Shown here piece after piece: positions 10,977 through 21,064 of a DNA stretch of 64,000 nucleotides. The notes below the pieces were generated by a model. That model was not told the DNA's origin, did no database searches, and worked only from the letters and a program-made list of their open reading frames with translations. Each line of letters starts with the position of its first letter. The stretch's first letter is position 1. This DNA is from Bacteroidota bacterium. GTDB taxonomy: Bacteria; Bacteroidota; Bacteroidia; Bacteroidales; JAIFNL01. Location of the stretch: positions 1,297-65,296 of the forward strand of contig JAIFNL010000080.1 of assembly GCA_020047755.1 (NCBI GenBank), given 5' to 3'. The position numbers and the translations under genes are program-made.

Positions 10977-13328
10977 TTATCTAAAAAGGTAAAAACTGCC
11001 TTTTAAATTATAGTTTTTATTATCCATTCCTACTGCATTTATTATATAAAAATATACACCATCGCTAGCTTCGTTTGAGTTGATAGTGCCGTCCCATGTT
11101 TCATACGGATTGTTCCATTGATAAACCTTTCTCCCCCAACGATTTACGATAATGCACGAAAAACTTTTCAAACCATAAGCTTTTGCTCCAAAAAAATCGT
11201 TTGCACCATCTGAATTGGGAGTAAAAACATTGGGAACTTCGATGATAGAATTATTAATGTAAGCTGTAAGTGTAATAGTATCAGATATTTGACAATTATT
11301 TTGGTCGGTAACTGTTATTGTATAAAAATCGCTAAAAAGAGCATTCAAATTGTAAGGTGGAGGAATGTTTTGCGCAAGAATTTCAATCAAATAACTTGGT
11401 GTACCTCCTTGAATATCAACATAAATAACACCATCGTTTACTATATTGCTGCTTGCAGAAGTAGCAACTAAACCCAATAACAGCTTTGGTGCTTGTTCGA
11501 TAACCAAACTATCTGACAATGAACAATTATTAGCATCGGCTACGGTTATTTTATATTTTCCCGACATTAAATTTTCTACCTTATAACTTGTGCTACCATT
11601 ACTCCATTTATACGAATATTGAGGAGTACCACCTTTTGCCAAAACACTTGCAAATCCAGTAGCTTCGCCATAGCAAAGTACATTTTTCGATGTTTTCTCT
11701 AAACTCAAAACGGAAGGCTGAGTTAATAAAAATGAAGCATTTTTTTTGCAACCATTAGCATCAAAAACTTCCACTAAATAATTGCCTGATTTTAAACTAT
11801 CTATCAATAAGTTAGACTCACCATTTGACCAGTTTATAGTCGCATTTTCGGGTTTTACTTGTATTTGAATAGAGCCAGTACTATCGCCAAAACAAGCAAC
11901 TTGCTCAATTTTAATTAAACTAACTACTACTTCTTCTGGCTGTGCAATGGTAACAAATTGATTATTAAGACAATTATTTTTATCTTTAGCTATAATTTTA
12001 TAGGTTTTAGCCGAAAGATTCGAAAAAATAAAATTGTCTGAGAAATTAGTTTCACTCCCAAAAGCAAATTTAAAAGGTGAAGTGCCGCCTGTTACCGAAA
12101 TTTCAACACTTCCATTGTTGTCATTAAAGCATGGAAAAATATCAGTTTTTGCAACTGTTATTTTTATCGAATCGGGCTGTGTTAGTTGAAAATTGAAGGT
12201 ATCGGAAATACAACCAAATTTATTTTTAATTGAGACTTGGTAATTTTGTGCAGTCAAATTAGTAAATTTATTTTTATTTATTTCATAATCAACAGAATTA
12301 ATCGAATAAAAGGTAGAATTTTTAGGTGTATTGGTTGTAATAGAGATACTTCCATCTGAAAAAGAATTACATGTAATATTTTGAATATCAATATTTTCAA
12401 TTTTCAAGCTATCTATTTCAAATTTCAAGCTATCGGTAAACGTTTTGTTTCCACAAATATCGCAAAGCGTATCATTGTAAGTAATTGTGTAGTTGCCTGG
12501 TGCAAGCGGTTCTTTAAAATGCAAAGTATAATCGCGCGAATATGTTCCGCCGTTTTTGCACGTAACATTTGTTACCGAATCAACCAAATATTCAGTAAAA
12601 GAATCACTAATTTTGAAAAAATTTGCAGCAACTTTATCGCATAATATATTTTCGCTAAAAAGAACTTTTAAGGTATTTTGCCCGCAAATAGCATCATCAA
12701 GCAAAGCGTTGAATGTTGGTGGTCTTCTGTCCCAAATATCGGCTGTAGATTCTTTAAAATCAATGGAATATCCATATTTAGAACCACTCCAATTTGAAAT
12801 ATAAATTATGTAAATATGGTCTTTAAAAACTGGAATATCATCATTCCATGCTGGTCCGTTGCTAACGCCAGGTCCGTTGCAATTGCCTGAGCCTTTGCTA
12901 ATTTTAGAATTTGCTCCAGTCAAGGCTTGTTGCAAAGTTGTGTTGGTGGCTCCATAAGTATTTGAGCTGATAAGAAACTGTTCTGACCTGTTAGCCAAAT
13001 CATTACATGAGCCATAGGTAACATCAAATACATTCCAATCGTAATCGGTCAAACTGTCGTGAGGTGTAATTGTAAAACGCAACAAACCAGAACTTAAGGA
13101 AGTAAATGTGTACCACATTCCATTTAGTTCGTTCATCATGCAAGGCTTTGCTCTGTAAATTTCGTTGGGATAATTTCCGGTTCCTGTCCAAATATAAGGG
13201 TCTGGCTCGTCGTAAAAGGTTGAGCATATTGGTATTGCGCCCATACAATCTCCTACGGTTGGCAATTGTGCAAAGGAATTTGTTTTTAATAAAAACAAAA
13301 AAAATAGTACCAAATAACTTTTTTTCAT
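10977..13328 (-). CDS. T9SS type B cargo: large surface protein with SprB-like Cys-containing repeats and a gliding-motility-associated C-terminal domain
   Basis: Signal peptide ...NSFAQ. Repeats of the form C(x)GxxxGS(I/V) (ITCNSFSDGSISI, PCFNDNNGSVEISVTGGTSPF, ACFGDSTGSIQIQV, LCYGEATGFASVLAKGGTPQYSYKWSNG). C-terminus VPNVFTPNSDGANDFF...WDG...GVYFYII matches the CHU_C/type B CTD. Confidence 0.85.
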   Translation of the reverse strand: MKKSYLVLFFLFLLKTNSFAQLPTVGDCMGAIPICSTFYDEPDPYIWTGTGNYPNEIYRAKPCMMNELNGMWYTFTSLSSGLLRFTITPHDSLTDYDWNVFDVTYGSCNDLANRSEQFLISSNTYGATNTTLQQALTGANSKISKGSGNCNGPGVSNGPAWNDDIPVFKDHIYIIYISNWSGSKYGYSIDFKESTADIWDRRPPTFNALLDDAICGQNTLKVLFSENILCDKVAANFFKISDSFTEYLVDSVTNVTCKNGGTYSRDYTLHFKEPLAPGNYTITYNDTLCDICGNKTFTDSLKFEIDSLKIENIDIQNITCNSFSDGSISITTNTPKNSTFYSINSVDYEINKNKFTNLTAQNYQVSIKNKFGCISDTFNFQLTQPDSIKITVAKTDIFPCFNDNNGSVEISVTGGTSPFKFAFGSETNFSDNFIFSNLSAKTYKIIAKDKNNCLNNQFVTIAQPEEVVVSLIKIEQVACFGDSTGSIQIQVKPENATINWSNGESNLLIDSLKSGNYLVEVFDANGCKKNASFLLTQPSVLSLEKTSKNVLCYGEATGFASVLAKGGTPQYSYKWSNGSTSYKVENLMSGKYKITVADANNCSLSDSLVIEQAPKLLLGLVATSASSNIVNDGVIYVDIQGGTPSYLIEILAQNIPPPYNLNALFSDFYTITVTDQNNCQISDTITLTAYINNSIIEVPNVFTPNSDGANDFFGAKAYGLKSFSCIIVNRWGRKVYQWNNPYETWDGTINSNEASDGVYFYIINAVGMDNKNYNLKGSFYLFR

Positions 13329-13572
13329 ATCAATAACATAAAGTTTTATTCACAAAAATAAAACGAATTTTCTAAATGATAAAAACATTCAATAAATAAA
13401 TTCGCATTTCTATGCTTTATACAAAATAAATATATGCTTACTTAAAAAAAAATCTAAAAGTAGTCCTACATTAAAAAAAATTGATAATGTGCAGTTTAAA
13501 TAAAATATAGAAAAAAAAATAAATAGTCTGAGCTTGAGAATTTATTTAATTTCAAATTACCAAGTTTAAATA

Positions 13573-14925
13573 TTAAAAAACAACAATTTTTTCGGTAAAA
13601 ATTTGTTTGTTAATTTTAATTTTACAAAAATAAACTCCCCGTGCAAAATTAGTAAATTCAAAGCTAATTTTAGGAGTAGTGCTTGAAAAAAAGACAATGC
13701 CTTTTTCATTGAAAATCTGTACTTTTTCTATTTTTTTTCCATTCAAGCTAAAAAGAGAAAAATTGCCAAAGTTTGGGCTTGGAAAAAGAATATATTCTTC
13801 TATTTTTTTTCCATGAATAATGGTATTAATATCTGATTTATAGGTAATTGCACCAATATCAGTAATGCTTCCATCGCTATCTTTGGCAGATGTAAAATCA
13901 CCTGCATCAATGCAAGGCGAATGTGCATTCAAACTAAAATTTTGAGCAGTGGTATCAATAAAGTTTGGATTTGCCAAAATATTATTGTTACCAAGTAAAT
14001 TTTCCTTGTCGGAAAGGCAGTACGAAATAGTTAATAATGAAGAAGTTTGAATTTGATAATCGTTCTTGTTTCTATTTGAAAAAATGGTATTTTTAACATG
14101 TACATTTCCTCCAGAATTGGCATCGCCTCCGTGGAAGCACTGTACACCAAATGTATTGTTATATAGCGTGTTATGGTCGGCTATCAAGGTAGCACCATAA
14201 TGAGATTGAAATCCGCCATGGTTTTTAATGAAAATATTTCGTTCGGCAAAAGCTTTTGAATTTTCGCCAACCGAGAGTCCATAATCACAGCCTTTTACAA
14301 AATTATAAGCAATGTAGGCATGGCTTGTTTGCATTCCTATATCTATGGCATCATCTCCCCAATTCTCTATTTGGCAATTAGTTACAGTTATGCTATCAGC
14401 TGCATCACAATCAATGGCATCAATTTTTCCTGAATTTTTGATTCCCACTAATTTGCATTTATCTATAAACGCTTTTTTCACCGAGTGAAGTGCGATTCCA
14501 TCAAATCCATTAATATTTGAAAATAAGGAATTTATCAATTTTAAATTTCCATAATTTTGATTAATAATCTTCTTTGAATCCGTTAGTTTTACATATTCAA
14601 ATTCAATGGAACACATTGTTGCCGTAATACCGCTCCAAAGTGTATTTTTATTTGAAGATTTAAAATATATTGTATCAGTCTGGTTTCCAATAGCTTTAAA
14701 TGTTCCATTTACAATTATTTCCACGTTTTCGAGCAAATTAATTTCGCAGCCAGGTTCAATTTCTAAAAAAAAAGCTTGCGGAATTGTTAAATTGCTAGTA
14801 ATCAAATAAGGCGAGTTCGTTTTTGTGAATATTGTATTTTGAGATAAAATACCGCCAATAATAGTTTGAGCTATTATATTTTCAAGTAAAAAAAGAAAAA
14901 AAAAGAATGAGATTATTTTTTTCAT
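13573..14925 (-). CDS. Secreted right-handed parallel beta-helix repeat protein with T9SS type A C-terminal sorting domain
   Basis: Signal peptide. Beta-helix-like repeats (NCQIENWGDDAIDIG, NFVKGCDYGLSVG, NIFIKNHGG). C-terminus ILFPSPNFGNFSL...GVYFCKIKI...KIVVF. Confidence 0.7.
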   Translation of the reverse strand: MKKIISFFFFLFLLENIIAQTIIGGILSQNTIFTKTNSPYLITSNLTIPQAFFLEIEPGCEINLLENVEIIVNGTFKAIGNQTDTIYFKSSNKNTLWSGITATMCSIEFEYVKLTDSKKIINQNYGNLKLINSLFSNINGFDGIALHSVKKAFIDKCKLVGIKNSGKIDAIDCDAADSITVTNCQIENWGDDAIDIGMQTSHAYIAYNFVKGCDYGLSVGENSKAFAERNIFIKNHGGFQSHYGATLIADHNTLYNNTFGVQCFHGGDANSGGNVHVKNTIFSNRNKNDYQIQTSSLLTISYCLSDKENLLGNNNILANPNFIDTTAQNFSLNAHSPCIDAGDFTSAKDSDGSITDIGAITYKSDINTIIHGKKIEEYILFPSPNFGNFSLFSLNGKKIEKVQIFNEKGIVFFSSTTPKISFEFTNFARGVYFCKIKINKQIFTEKIVVF

Positions 14926-15046
14926 AACAGGCTCCCAAAAAAAATAAATAATATTGGATTAACGTCAAAGTTATAAGATTTATTTTCCTACAAAAAATAT
15001 AGATAACTCTCTAATATTTTGTCTCTTGCATTCGTTAAATTGAAAT

Positions 15047-15997
15047 TTAGCGAACAGAATTTATTTCGTCAGCAACTTCTTCTATTTCATTAAAAACTTT
15101 GCGTTTCAGAAATTGAAAATTAGACGTTTTCAATTGCGATAAGAATAAACCGAAAATAACAACAGCAATTCCTAGCGAATTAAAAAAGTTAAGTCTCTCA
15201 CCAATAAAGAAATAAGCAAAAACAGCAGTAAAAACCGGAATGATGTTTGCTAAGGTATTTGCTCTTACAACTCCCAGATTTTGAATACCATAGGTAAAAA
15301 ATAAAAACGCTAGCGAAGATGCAAAAACAGCTAATTCTAATAAAGGCACTACATAATCCCACGAAAATGTTACTGATAAAAAATTATGATATTCAAAGGT
15401 GAAAAAAATAGGAATAAAAAACAAAACGCCAATTGCATTTTGGTAAGTTACGAGCGTATAAACATTATATTTTCCGGCTAAACGAACAAGTACTATTGAA
15501 TAAGCAATAGCAGAAAAAACAGCAAGTAAAAGCAACACAATTCCGATAGGAGAAACCGAAAAACTTAAATCTGGTTTTATGATTACCAAAAAAACACCTA
15601 CAATAGAAATTAAAATACCCAAAAGATTCATTAAGCTAATGCGTTCTTTCAAAAAAAGATAGCTGGCAATGGGACTGAAAAGCGGAATAGTAGCAATAAT
15701 TACAGCTGCAACTGTTGAAGATGTGTAAGTTAACCCAATATTTTCGCCTATAAAATATAAAAAGGGTTGAAAAAGCGCAAGTAAAAAAATAGTTTTCCAA
15801 TCGGAAGGAGTTATCTTTTGTATTTTTTTCAAAAATGAGCTGACAAGATATAATAAAAAAGTGGAAATTATTAATCGAAACAGAATAGTAGTTATTGGAC
15901 CTAAATAGGATAAAACAATTTTTGTCCAAATAAATGAAAAACCCCAAAATAGGGTTGAAATAAATATTGCTAAATAAACTCTTACTAATTTACTCAT
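15047..15997 (-). CDS. DMT superfamily (EamA-like) transporter
   Basis: About 10 predicted TM helices in two EamA-like halves, typical length of 316 aa. Confidence 0.8.
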   Translation of the reverse strand: MSKLVRVYLAIFISTLFWGFSFIWTKIVLSYLGPITTILFRLIISTFLLYLVSSFLKKIQKITPSDWKTIFLLALFQPFLYFIGENIGLTYTSSTVAAVIIATIPLFSPIASYLFLKERISLMNLLGILISIVGVFLVIIKPDLSFSVSPIGIVLLLLAVFSAIAYSIVLVRLAGKYNVYTLVTYQNAIGVLFFIPIFFTFEYHNFLSVTFSWDYVVPLLELAVFASSLAFLFFTYGIQNLGVVRANTLANIIPVFTAVFAYFFIGERLNFFNSLGIAVVIFGLFLSQLKTSNFQFLKRKVFNEIEEVADEINSVR

Positions 15998-16275
15998 TTT
16001 GTTATATTTGAATATATTTTGTGATGTTGAAAATAAAAATTTAGATTTATTTCAAATTTTTATTTCACAAATGTAAATATATTTTTGAAAATTAGAAGAA
16101 AAAAGCTAAATTTGTAGAAGTCTTTTGAGCAAAATTAAAGCAAAATTGAACAAAATAGTATATTTATATAATGAATAACTAGGTTATTGTTTATTTTTAT
16201 CTATTTTATACTATTATTTTATAATAATTTAAGAAAGTAATTTCAGATATATTCAATAGAAATAGCAGTAAAAAC

Positions 16276-17517
16276 ATGAAAACTAAATCATTTCTTTTTA
16301 TTATTTTAAGTATCTTCTATTCATTACATTCTTATTGTCAAGATTTTAATAGAATTGCAACGTTTACAAATACTTATTCGAACGGCTTTGTAAATATTTG
16401 GCTTTCGCCTGAAATAAATTCAAAATTAAGCCAAAATTTTCACGACTTGCGTATTTATGACTCTCAAAACAAAGAAATTCCGTATATTTTACAATCGGAA
16501 AAGGTATTAAATCACTCTGTCTTTTTCAAAGAGTACAAAATTATAGAAAAAAAGCATGTTTCGGCACAAAATTATACCAGGATAGTTATTCACAATCCAG
16601 AAAAAAAGATGATTGATAACATTTCGGTGATAATAAAAAATGCAGAAGTAAAAAAGTGGCTCAAACTCAATGGTAGCGACGATAATAAAACATATTACGT
16701 GTTGAATGACAACTATATATATAATTCAAATCCCAATCCTGATGGCACTTCTGAAATTAAAGTATTACATTTTCCTAGCACCGATTATGAATATTTGGAG
16801 CTTTTGGTAAGCGATTATTTCGACAAACCGATAAACATCTTAACAGTAGGATATTATGATTACAAAACAGAAAACGGCTTGTATTCCGAACTTGAAATAA
16901 AAAGTTTTGAACAATTAGAAGATACTGACAAACAAGAAACTACAATTAATTTTTCTTTCTCAGAAAGCCAATATATCGATAAGTTCGAATTTGTGTTTGA
17001 TGGTCCAACTTACTATTTGCGAAATGCCGAGCTTTTTTATGAAACACAGGTATTAACTAAAAAACAAAAAGTAATAAAGCAATGGCAGTTAATCGAGAAT
17101 TTTGAAATCAACTCATACTCAAAAGCAACTATTTTTTCGGAAAATTTAAAAGCCGAAAAAATTAAGTTAGTAATTAAAAACAATGATAACGAAGCTCTCA
17201 AAATTAAAAGCATAAAAGCAAGACAATTAACCAAATACTTAACAGCAGAGCTTAAAAAAGACGAAAAATACACTATCAAATTTTCAAATAATGAGGCAAA
17301 AAAACCAAATTATGATTTGAAATTTTTTGCCGATAGTATTGACAAAAATCTACCACTTATAAAAATTGATACAATTCAAGCTATTTCACAAACAGAAACA
17401 ACAAAAAAGGAAAGCATTTTTACCTCTATTTATGTTTGGATTGCACTTAGTTTTGTGGTATTTGGCTTAGGATTTATGTCGTTTAAAATGATGAAAGATA
17501 TAAAAAAAGAATCCTAA
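16276..17517 (+). CDS. Hypothetical secreted protein with C-terminal TM anchor
   Basis: N-terminal signal peptide (FLFIILSIFYSLHSYCQ). C-terminal hydrophobic helix IYVWIALSFVVFGLGFMSF followed by a basic tail. No family recognised. Confidence 0.5.
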   Translation: MKTKSFLFIILSIFYSLHSYCQDFNRIATFTNTYSNGFVNIWLSPEINSKLSQNFHDLRIYDSQNKEIPYILQSEKVLNHSVFFKEYKIIEKKHVSAQNYTRIVIHNPEKKMIDNISVIIKNAEVKKWLKLNGSDDNKTYYVLNDNYIYNSNPNPDGTSEIKVLHFPSTDYEYLELLVSDYFDKPINILTVGYYDYKTENGLYSELEIKSFEQLEDTDKQETTINFSFSESQYIDKFEFVFDGPTYYLRNAELFYETQVLTKKQKVIKQWQLIENFEINSYSKATIFSENLKAEKIKLVIKNNDNEALKIKSIKARQLTKYLTAELKKDEKYTIKFSNNEAKKPNYDLKFFADSIDKNLPLIKIDTIQAISQTETTKKESIFTSIYVWIALSFVVFGLGFMSFKMMKDIKKES

Positions 17518-17631
17518 TTTTCAATAATAAAAGCATACTTTATATAATTTTGATTTTCAGACAATTAAAATTTCAAAAAAAATAAGTTACGATACTCCAA
17601 TAAAAAGATTGATAATATAATTAAATAGAAT

Positions 17632-19176
17632 ATGAAATTTACAGATAAAGACTTACAACTATTTGGCACAAAGAATATTAGTGTAGAACAAATAGAGGAA
17701 CAAATTCAAAATTTCAAAACAGGGTTTCCGTTCATGGATATTATAAAAGCGGCAACAGTAGGCGATGGAATTTTGAGGCTAACCGAGCAGCAAAAGCTCG
17801 AATACATTGGCGAATACGAAAAAGCATTAAAAAATATTCAAGTAGCTAAGTTTGTGCCAGCTTCGGGAGCAGCAAGCCGTATGTTCAAAAACTTGTTTGA
17901 ATTTGTGAACAACGAAGAAAATCAATCGATTCAAAATAGCCAAATGCTTAAAAATAAAGGATTTAACTTTATTTACGATTTTTTCAAAAATTTAAGTTAT
18001 TTTGCTTTTTACAATGATTTTATTCAAATTTTAGCAGAAAAACAAGTGGATATTGAAAAAACCTCTATTGCTGCTATCATTGACCTTTTGCTAAGCGAAG
18101 AAGGGCTAAATTATGGAAATTTGCCCAAAGGTTTGCTCAAATTTCACAATTATCCTGAAGATTCGCGTACTTCAATGGAAGAGCATTGGGTAGAAGGCGC
18201 ATTGTATGCAAACGACAAGGACAATGTTGTTCACCTACATTTCACTGTTTCGCCAGAACATAAAGTATTGTTTTCTAAATTGATAGACACAAAAATAGAA
18301 AGCTACGAACAAAAATACGGGGTAAAATTTCGCGTAGAAATGAGCGAGCAAAAGCCATCGACCGACACTTTGGCTGTGGATTTGAAAAATGAGCCCTTCA
18401 GAAAAGATGATGGCTCTATTTTATTTAGACCTGCCGGACACGGTGCACTTATCGAGAATTTGAACGAAATAAATGCCGACCTTATTTTCATCAAAAACAT
18501 TGATAATGTGGTGCCTGATAGGATGAAAACCACTACTATTGAATACAAAAAAGCTCTTGCTGGTGTGTTGTATGTTTATCAGCAAAAAGTGTTCAACTAT
18601 CTGAGAATCATGGAAAAAGAGGCATATGATATTTCCGATGAAATGATAGACGAAATTTTTGAATTTACCGAAAAAGAGCTTTGCATTTTGGCTGCCGAAA
18701 CGTTTGTTCCTGAAAATAGAGCCGAACAAATTTCGATGCTCCTAAAGCGCTTAAACAGACCTATTAGAGTATGCGGAATGGTTAAAAATGAAGGCGAACC
18801 AGGTGGTGGTCCGTTTTGGGCAACCAATCCAAACCAAAGTGTTTCGCTTCAAATAGTAGAAAGTTCGCAAATTGAAGCCAAAAATACCGAAAAAATGGAA
18901 ATTGTAAATAATGCAACTCACTTTAATCCAGTAGATTTAGTATGTGGTGTTAAAAATTATAAAGGCGAAAAATTCAATTTGCCCGATTTTAGAGATATGG
19001 AAACTGGTTTTATTTCAGAAAAATCGCAAGACGGCAAAACTCTTAAAGCTCAGGAACTTCCAGGACTTTGGAATGGAGCAATGTCTGATTGGATAACTAT
19101 TTTCTTAGAAGTTCCTATCGAAACATTTAATCCAGTAAAAACCATCAACGATTTGCTTAGACCACAACACCAGTAA
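17632..19176 (+). CDS. DUF4301-like protein, UDP-sugar pyrophosphorylase-like nucleotidyltransferase fold (function unknown)
   Basis: FVPASGAASRMF (position analogous to the Gly-rich NTP loop of UDPGP enzymes), LFRPAGHGALIENLN (analogous to the P(P/D)GHG motif), IRVCGMVKNEGEPGGGPFW. Confidence 0.6.
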   Translation: MKFTDKDLQLFGTKNISVEQIEEQIQNFKTGFPFMDIIKAATVGDGILRLTEQQKLEYIGEYEKALKNIQVAKFVPASGAASRMFKNLFEFVNNEENQSIQNSQMLKNKGFNFIYDFFKNLSYFAFYNDFIQILAEKQVDIEKTSIAAIIDLLLSEEGLNYGNLPKGLLKFHNYPEDSRTSMEEHWVEGALYANDKDNVVHLHFTVSPEHKVLFSKLIDTKIESYEQKYGVKFRVEMSEQKPSTDTLAVDLKNEPFRKDDGSILFRPAGHGALIENLNEINADLIFIKNIDNVVPDRMKTTTIEYKKALAGVLYVYQQKVFNYLRIMEKEAYDISDEMIDEIFEFTEKELCILAAETFVPENRAEQISMLLKRLNRPIRVCGMVKNEGEPGGGPFWATNPNQSVSLQIVESSQIEAKNTEKMEIVNNATHFNPVDLVCGVKNYKGEKFNLPDFRDMETGFISEKSQDGKTLKAQELPGLWNGAMSDWITIFLEVPIETFNPVKTINDLLRPQHQ

Positions 19177-19448
19177 TTTTTCAGTATTCTGTAAAAAAAA
19201 ACAGGTATTTGTGTTTCAATTTTTATCAAACTTCTAAAAATTGTTTTCATAAAAGAATTTTTAGAAGTTTTCAAACAAAAAAATATAGTTAATTCTTTGA
19301 AAATGAATAGCTATTTTGTGTAATACAAAAATAGTTTTCCCATATTTCATTAAAAATACCATAGTTTAGGTATTGTTTTGCCTTTTTTTTCACTCTTTCT
19401 TTGCACAAAATTTTAAAACGTGTTTTAAAAATTCTGAAAAAAATTAAA

Positions 19449-20240
19449 ATGAGAAATTTTTTTATTATTGTGCTAATTTTTAGCACATTGCAAGTAAATG
19501 CACAAGTAGGTGGAATTTCAGCGTCAAAGTTAGCAACCATTTGTACGCAAACAGTTCCCGCCAAGAAAATAGAGTTCGAACCGTCTTTATCTTTTGCTTT
19601 TGCGAAAAAATATTGGGATAGCAACTCCAATAAGCAGATTATAAATCAAGATAGTACGTTGGTGGCTTCGGGAGCAAGTTTTCGCTTTAGCTATGGAGTA
19701 GCCGAAAATTTGGAAATTGGCGCAGCTATTCCGGTAGATATGAGTACTATAAACTACGGAATTAAATATCAATTTCCTTATTCGGGAAAATTAAGTTTTG
19801 CCGTTTTGGGGGGATTTAATTTGCCGCTTGGTAATCAATTTTACGACAAAAAGCGAAAATTTGAGGACAATACTTCGCAAATAGTTACTGGAATTGTTTC
19901 AAGCTTAGCTTTAAATGACAAAACAAGCATCGATTTTGATGCTCAATTTCAAAAACATACAAAAAAACTCGAAACTGGGCATAAAAACGACCTTTTTCTA
20001 AACTCCGATATTGGATTTTATGCAAAAGAAGGGATTCAGTTTGCTTTTGGTACTAATTATTACGCATCAAAGTATGAAAATGCGCAAAATGACGTGCAGT
20101 TACTAAGCCTAAATGCAGGAATAACAATAGAGCATGCCGAAAATTTTATTGTCGTTTTAAATACTCCAATAGATGTGTGGGGCAAAAATATCGAAAAATT
20201 TATCGGTTTTGGTTTCGCACTTACTATTTTAATCGAATAA
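19449..20240 (+). CDS. Outer-membrane beta-barrel protein (hypothetical)
   Basis: The ATG at 19449 gives the signal peptide MRNFFIIVLIFSTLQVNAQ. Alternating amphipathic beta-strand pattern. The ORF-track start at 19401 is TTG. Confidence 0.6.
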   Translation: MRNFFIIVLIFSTLQVNAQVGGISASKLATICTQTVPAKKIEFEPSLSFAFAKKYWDSNSNKQIINQDSTLVASGASFRFSYGVAENLEIGAAIPVDMSTINYGIKYQFPYSGKLSFAVLGGFNLPLGNQFYDKKRKFEDNTSQIVTGIVSSLALNDKTSIDFDAQFQKHTKKLETGHKNDLFLNSDIGFYAKEGIQFAFGTNYYASKYENAQNDVQLLSLNAGITIEHAENFIVVLNTPIDVWGKNIEKFIGFGFALTILIE

Positions 20241-20278
20241 AATGGCTTTTTTCTCCAATATTCTTCTATAATTAGTCG

Positions 20279-20395
20279 CTAAAAGAAAATGCATATTTTA
20301 TGTTATTTTGAACTTTTAAAATACTAAATTACGGATTTAAACTCCGGTTTTAAAATATCAAAATGCCTTAACTCAGGGGTCTTCTTTCCGGCAGT
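20279..20395. repeat. Intergenic repeat element B, copy B2 (with an insertion relative to B1)
   Basis: ctaaaagaaaatgcata ... ccggttttaaaatatcaaaatgccttaactcaggggtcttctttccggcag, collinear with B1. Confidence 0.6.
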
Positions 20396-20438
20396 ATTTA
20401 CAAAAAATATAATATTTTTTTTGTTTTATTAAAAAAAA

Positions 20439-20672
20439 GTGTAACTTTTTTGTATTAAACTATGTATAACGCAATATTACAGAGAAAAATATTTTAGTAT
20501 TTTTTCAAAAAATTTTGGAAAATTCAAACTATTTGATTAAATTAGCAAAATGTATTTAAAAGCATACAATTATTTTTTTATAGCATAACTTAAAAGTAGC
20601 TAGATTCTCAAAAAAAAATAAAATTACTCTATTTTTTATAACAAATTGTTAAGTTGTTATATTATTAAGCAA
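20439..20672. repeat. Scrambled or fragmentary copies of repeat element A
   Basis: agtgtaactt; tattttagtattttttcaaaaaattttggaaaattcaaactatttgattaaattagc (second-half module, partly duplicated); agattctcaaaaaaaaataaaattac...tataacaaattgttaagttgttatattatta (first-half module). Module order differs from A1-A3. Confidence 0.45.
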
Positions 20673-21009
20673 AACCAGAAAAGATGAATTTTAAGTATCT
20701 TTTTCATAACGCATGTGCTTATAAAGCATTAAATTTTAAACAATTTGAGTTTTTAGAATTAAATTAGATTCTATTTTAAGTTTAAATCAAAACCAACGAA
20801 AAAACATCTAAGCCTCTTTTTCAATATTAAAAAATAATGAAACAGCAAGTATTTTTGTTAAAAAAAATTAAAAGAAATGAGAAGTTAAAATATAATGGTT
20901 AATTTTGCATGAATTTTCAAGTTCAAAAGAAGTCATTAATTGAGCTATTAAAAGAAAAGCAGTTATAATTTACTCAATTGATATTCAACCGAATAAATTT
21001 GAAATGCAC

Positions 21010-21040
21010 ATTGCCACATAACAACAAAAAATTACATTTG
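21010..21040 (+). promoter_or_regulatory. Candidate Bacteroidota sigma-A promoter for rpoD: aTTG-N19-TAcaTTTG
   Basis: TACATTTG at 21033-21040 matches the -7 consensus TAnnTTTG. TTG lies at 21011-21013 with a 19-nt spacer, 25 nt upstream of the ATG. Confidence 0.45.
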
Positions 21041-21064
21041 TTTTCAAATAAAAAGCTATAACTT

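Noticed and set aside
10789-10992. 67-aa ORF (and its relatives at 31744-31932 and in-frame after the regulator stop at 4456-4620) lying inside copies of repeat element A. All three copies stay open for about 60 codons and share an N-terminal (I/V)(T/A)EILRK(A/V)KL.
   Set aside because: The starts are TTG or absent. The inverted copy A4 has in-frame stops. Alignment of the copies at nucleotide level needs 1-nt indels in the second half (for example caaaaaatcaccattttt versus aaaaagccaccattttt), so the amino-acid frame is not conserved between copies. The conservation is at the DNA level, which fits a non-coding repeat. The open frames are best explained by T-rich strand composition.
19289-19630. 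113-aa minus-strand ORF overlapping the 5' end of the OMP gene at 19449-20240.
   Set aside because: It overlaps the signal-peptide-encoding start of a better-supported + strand gene and its likely promoter. No motifs, and AT-rich composition.
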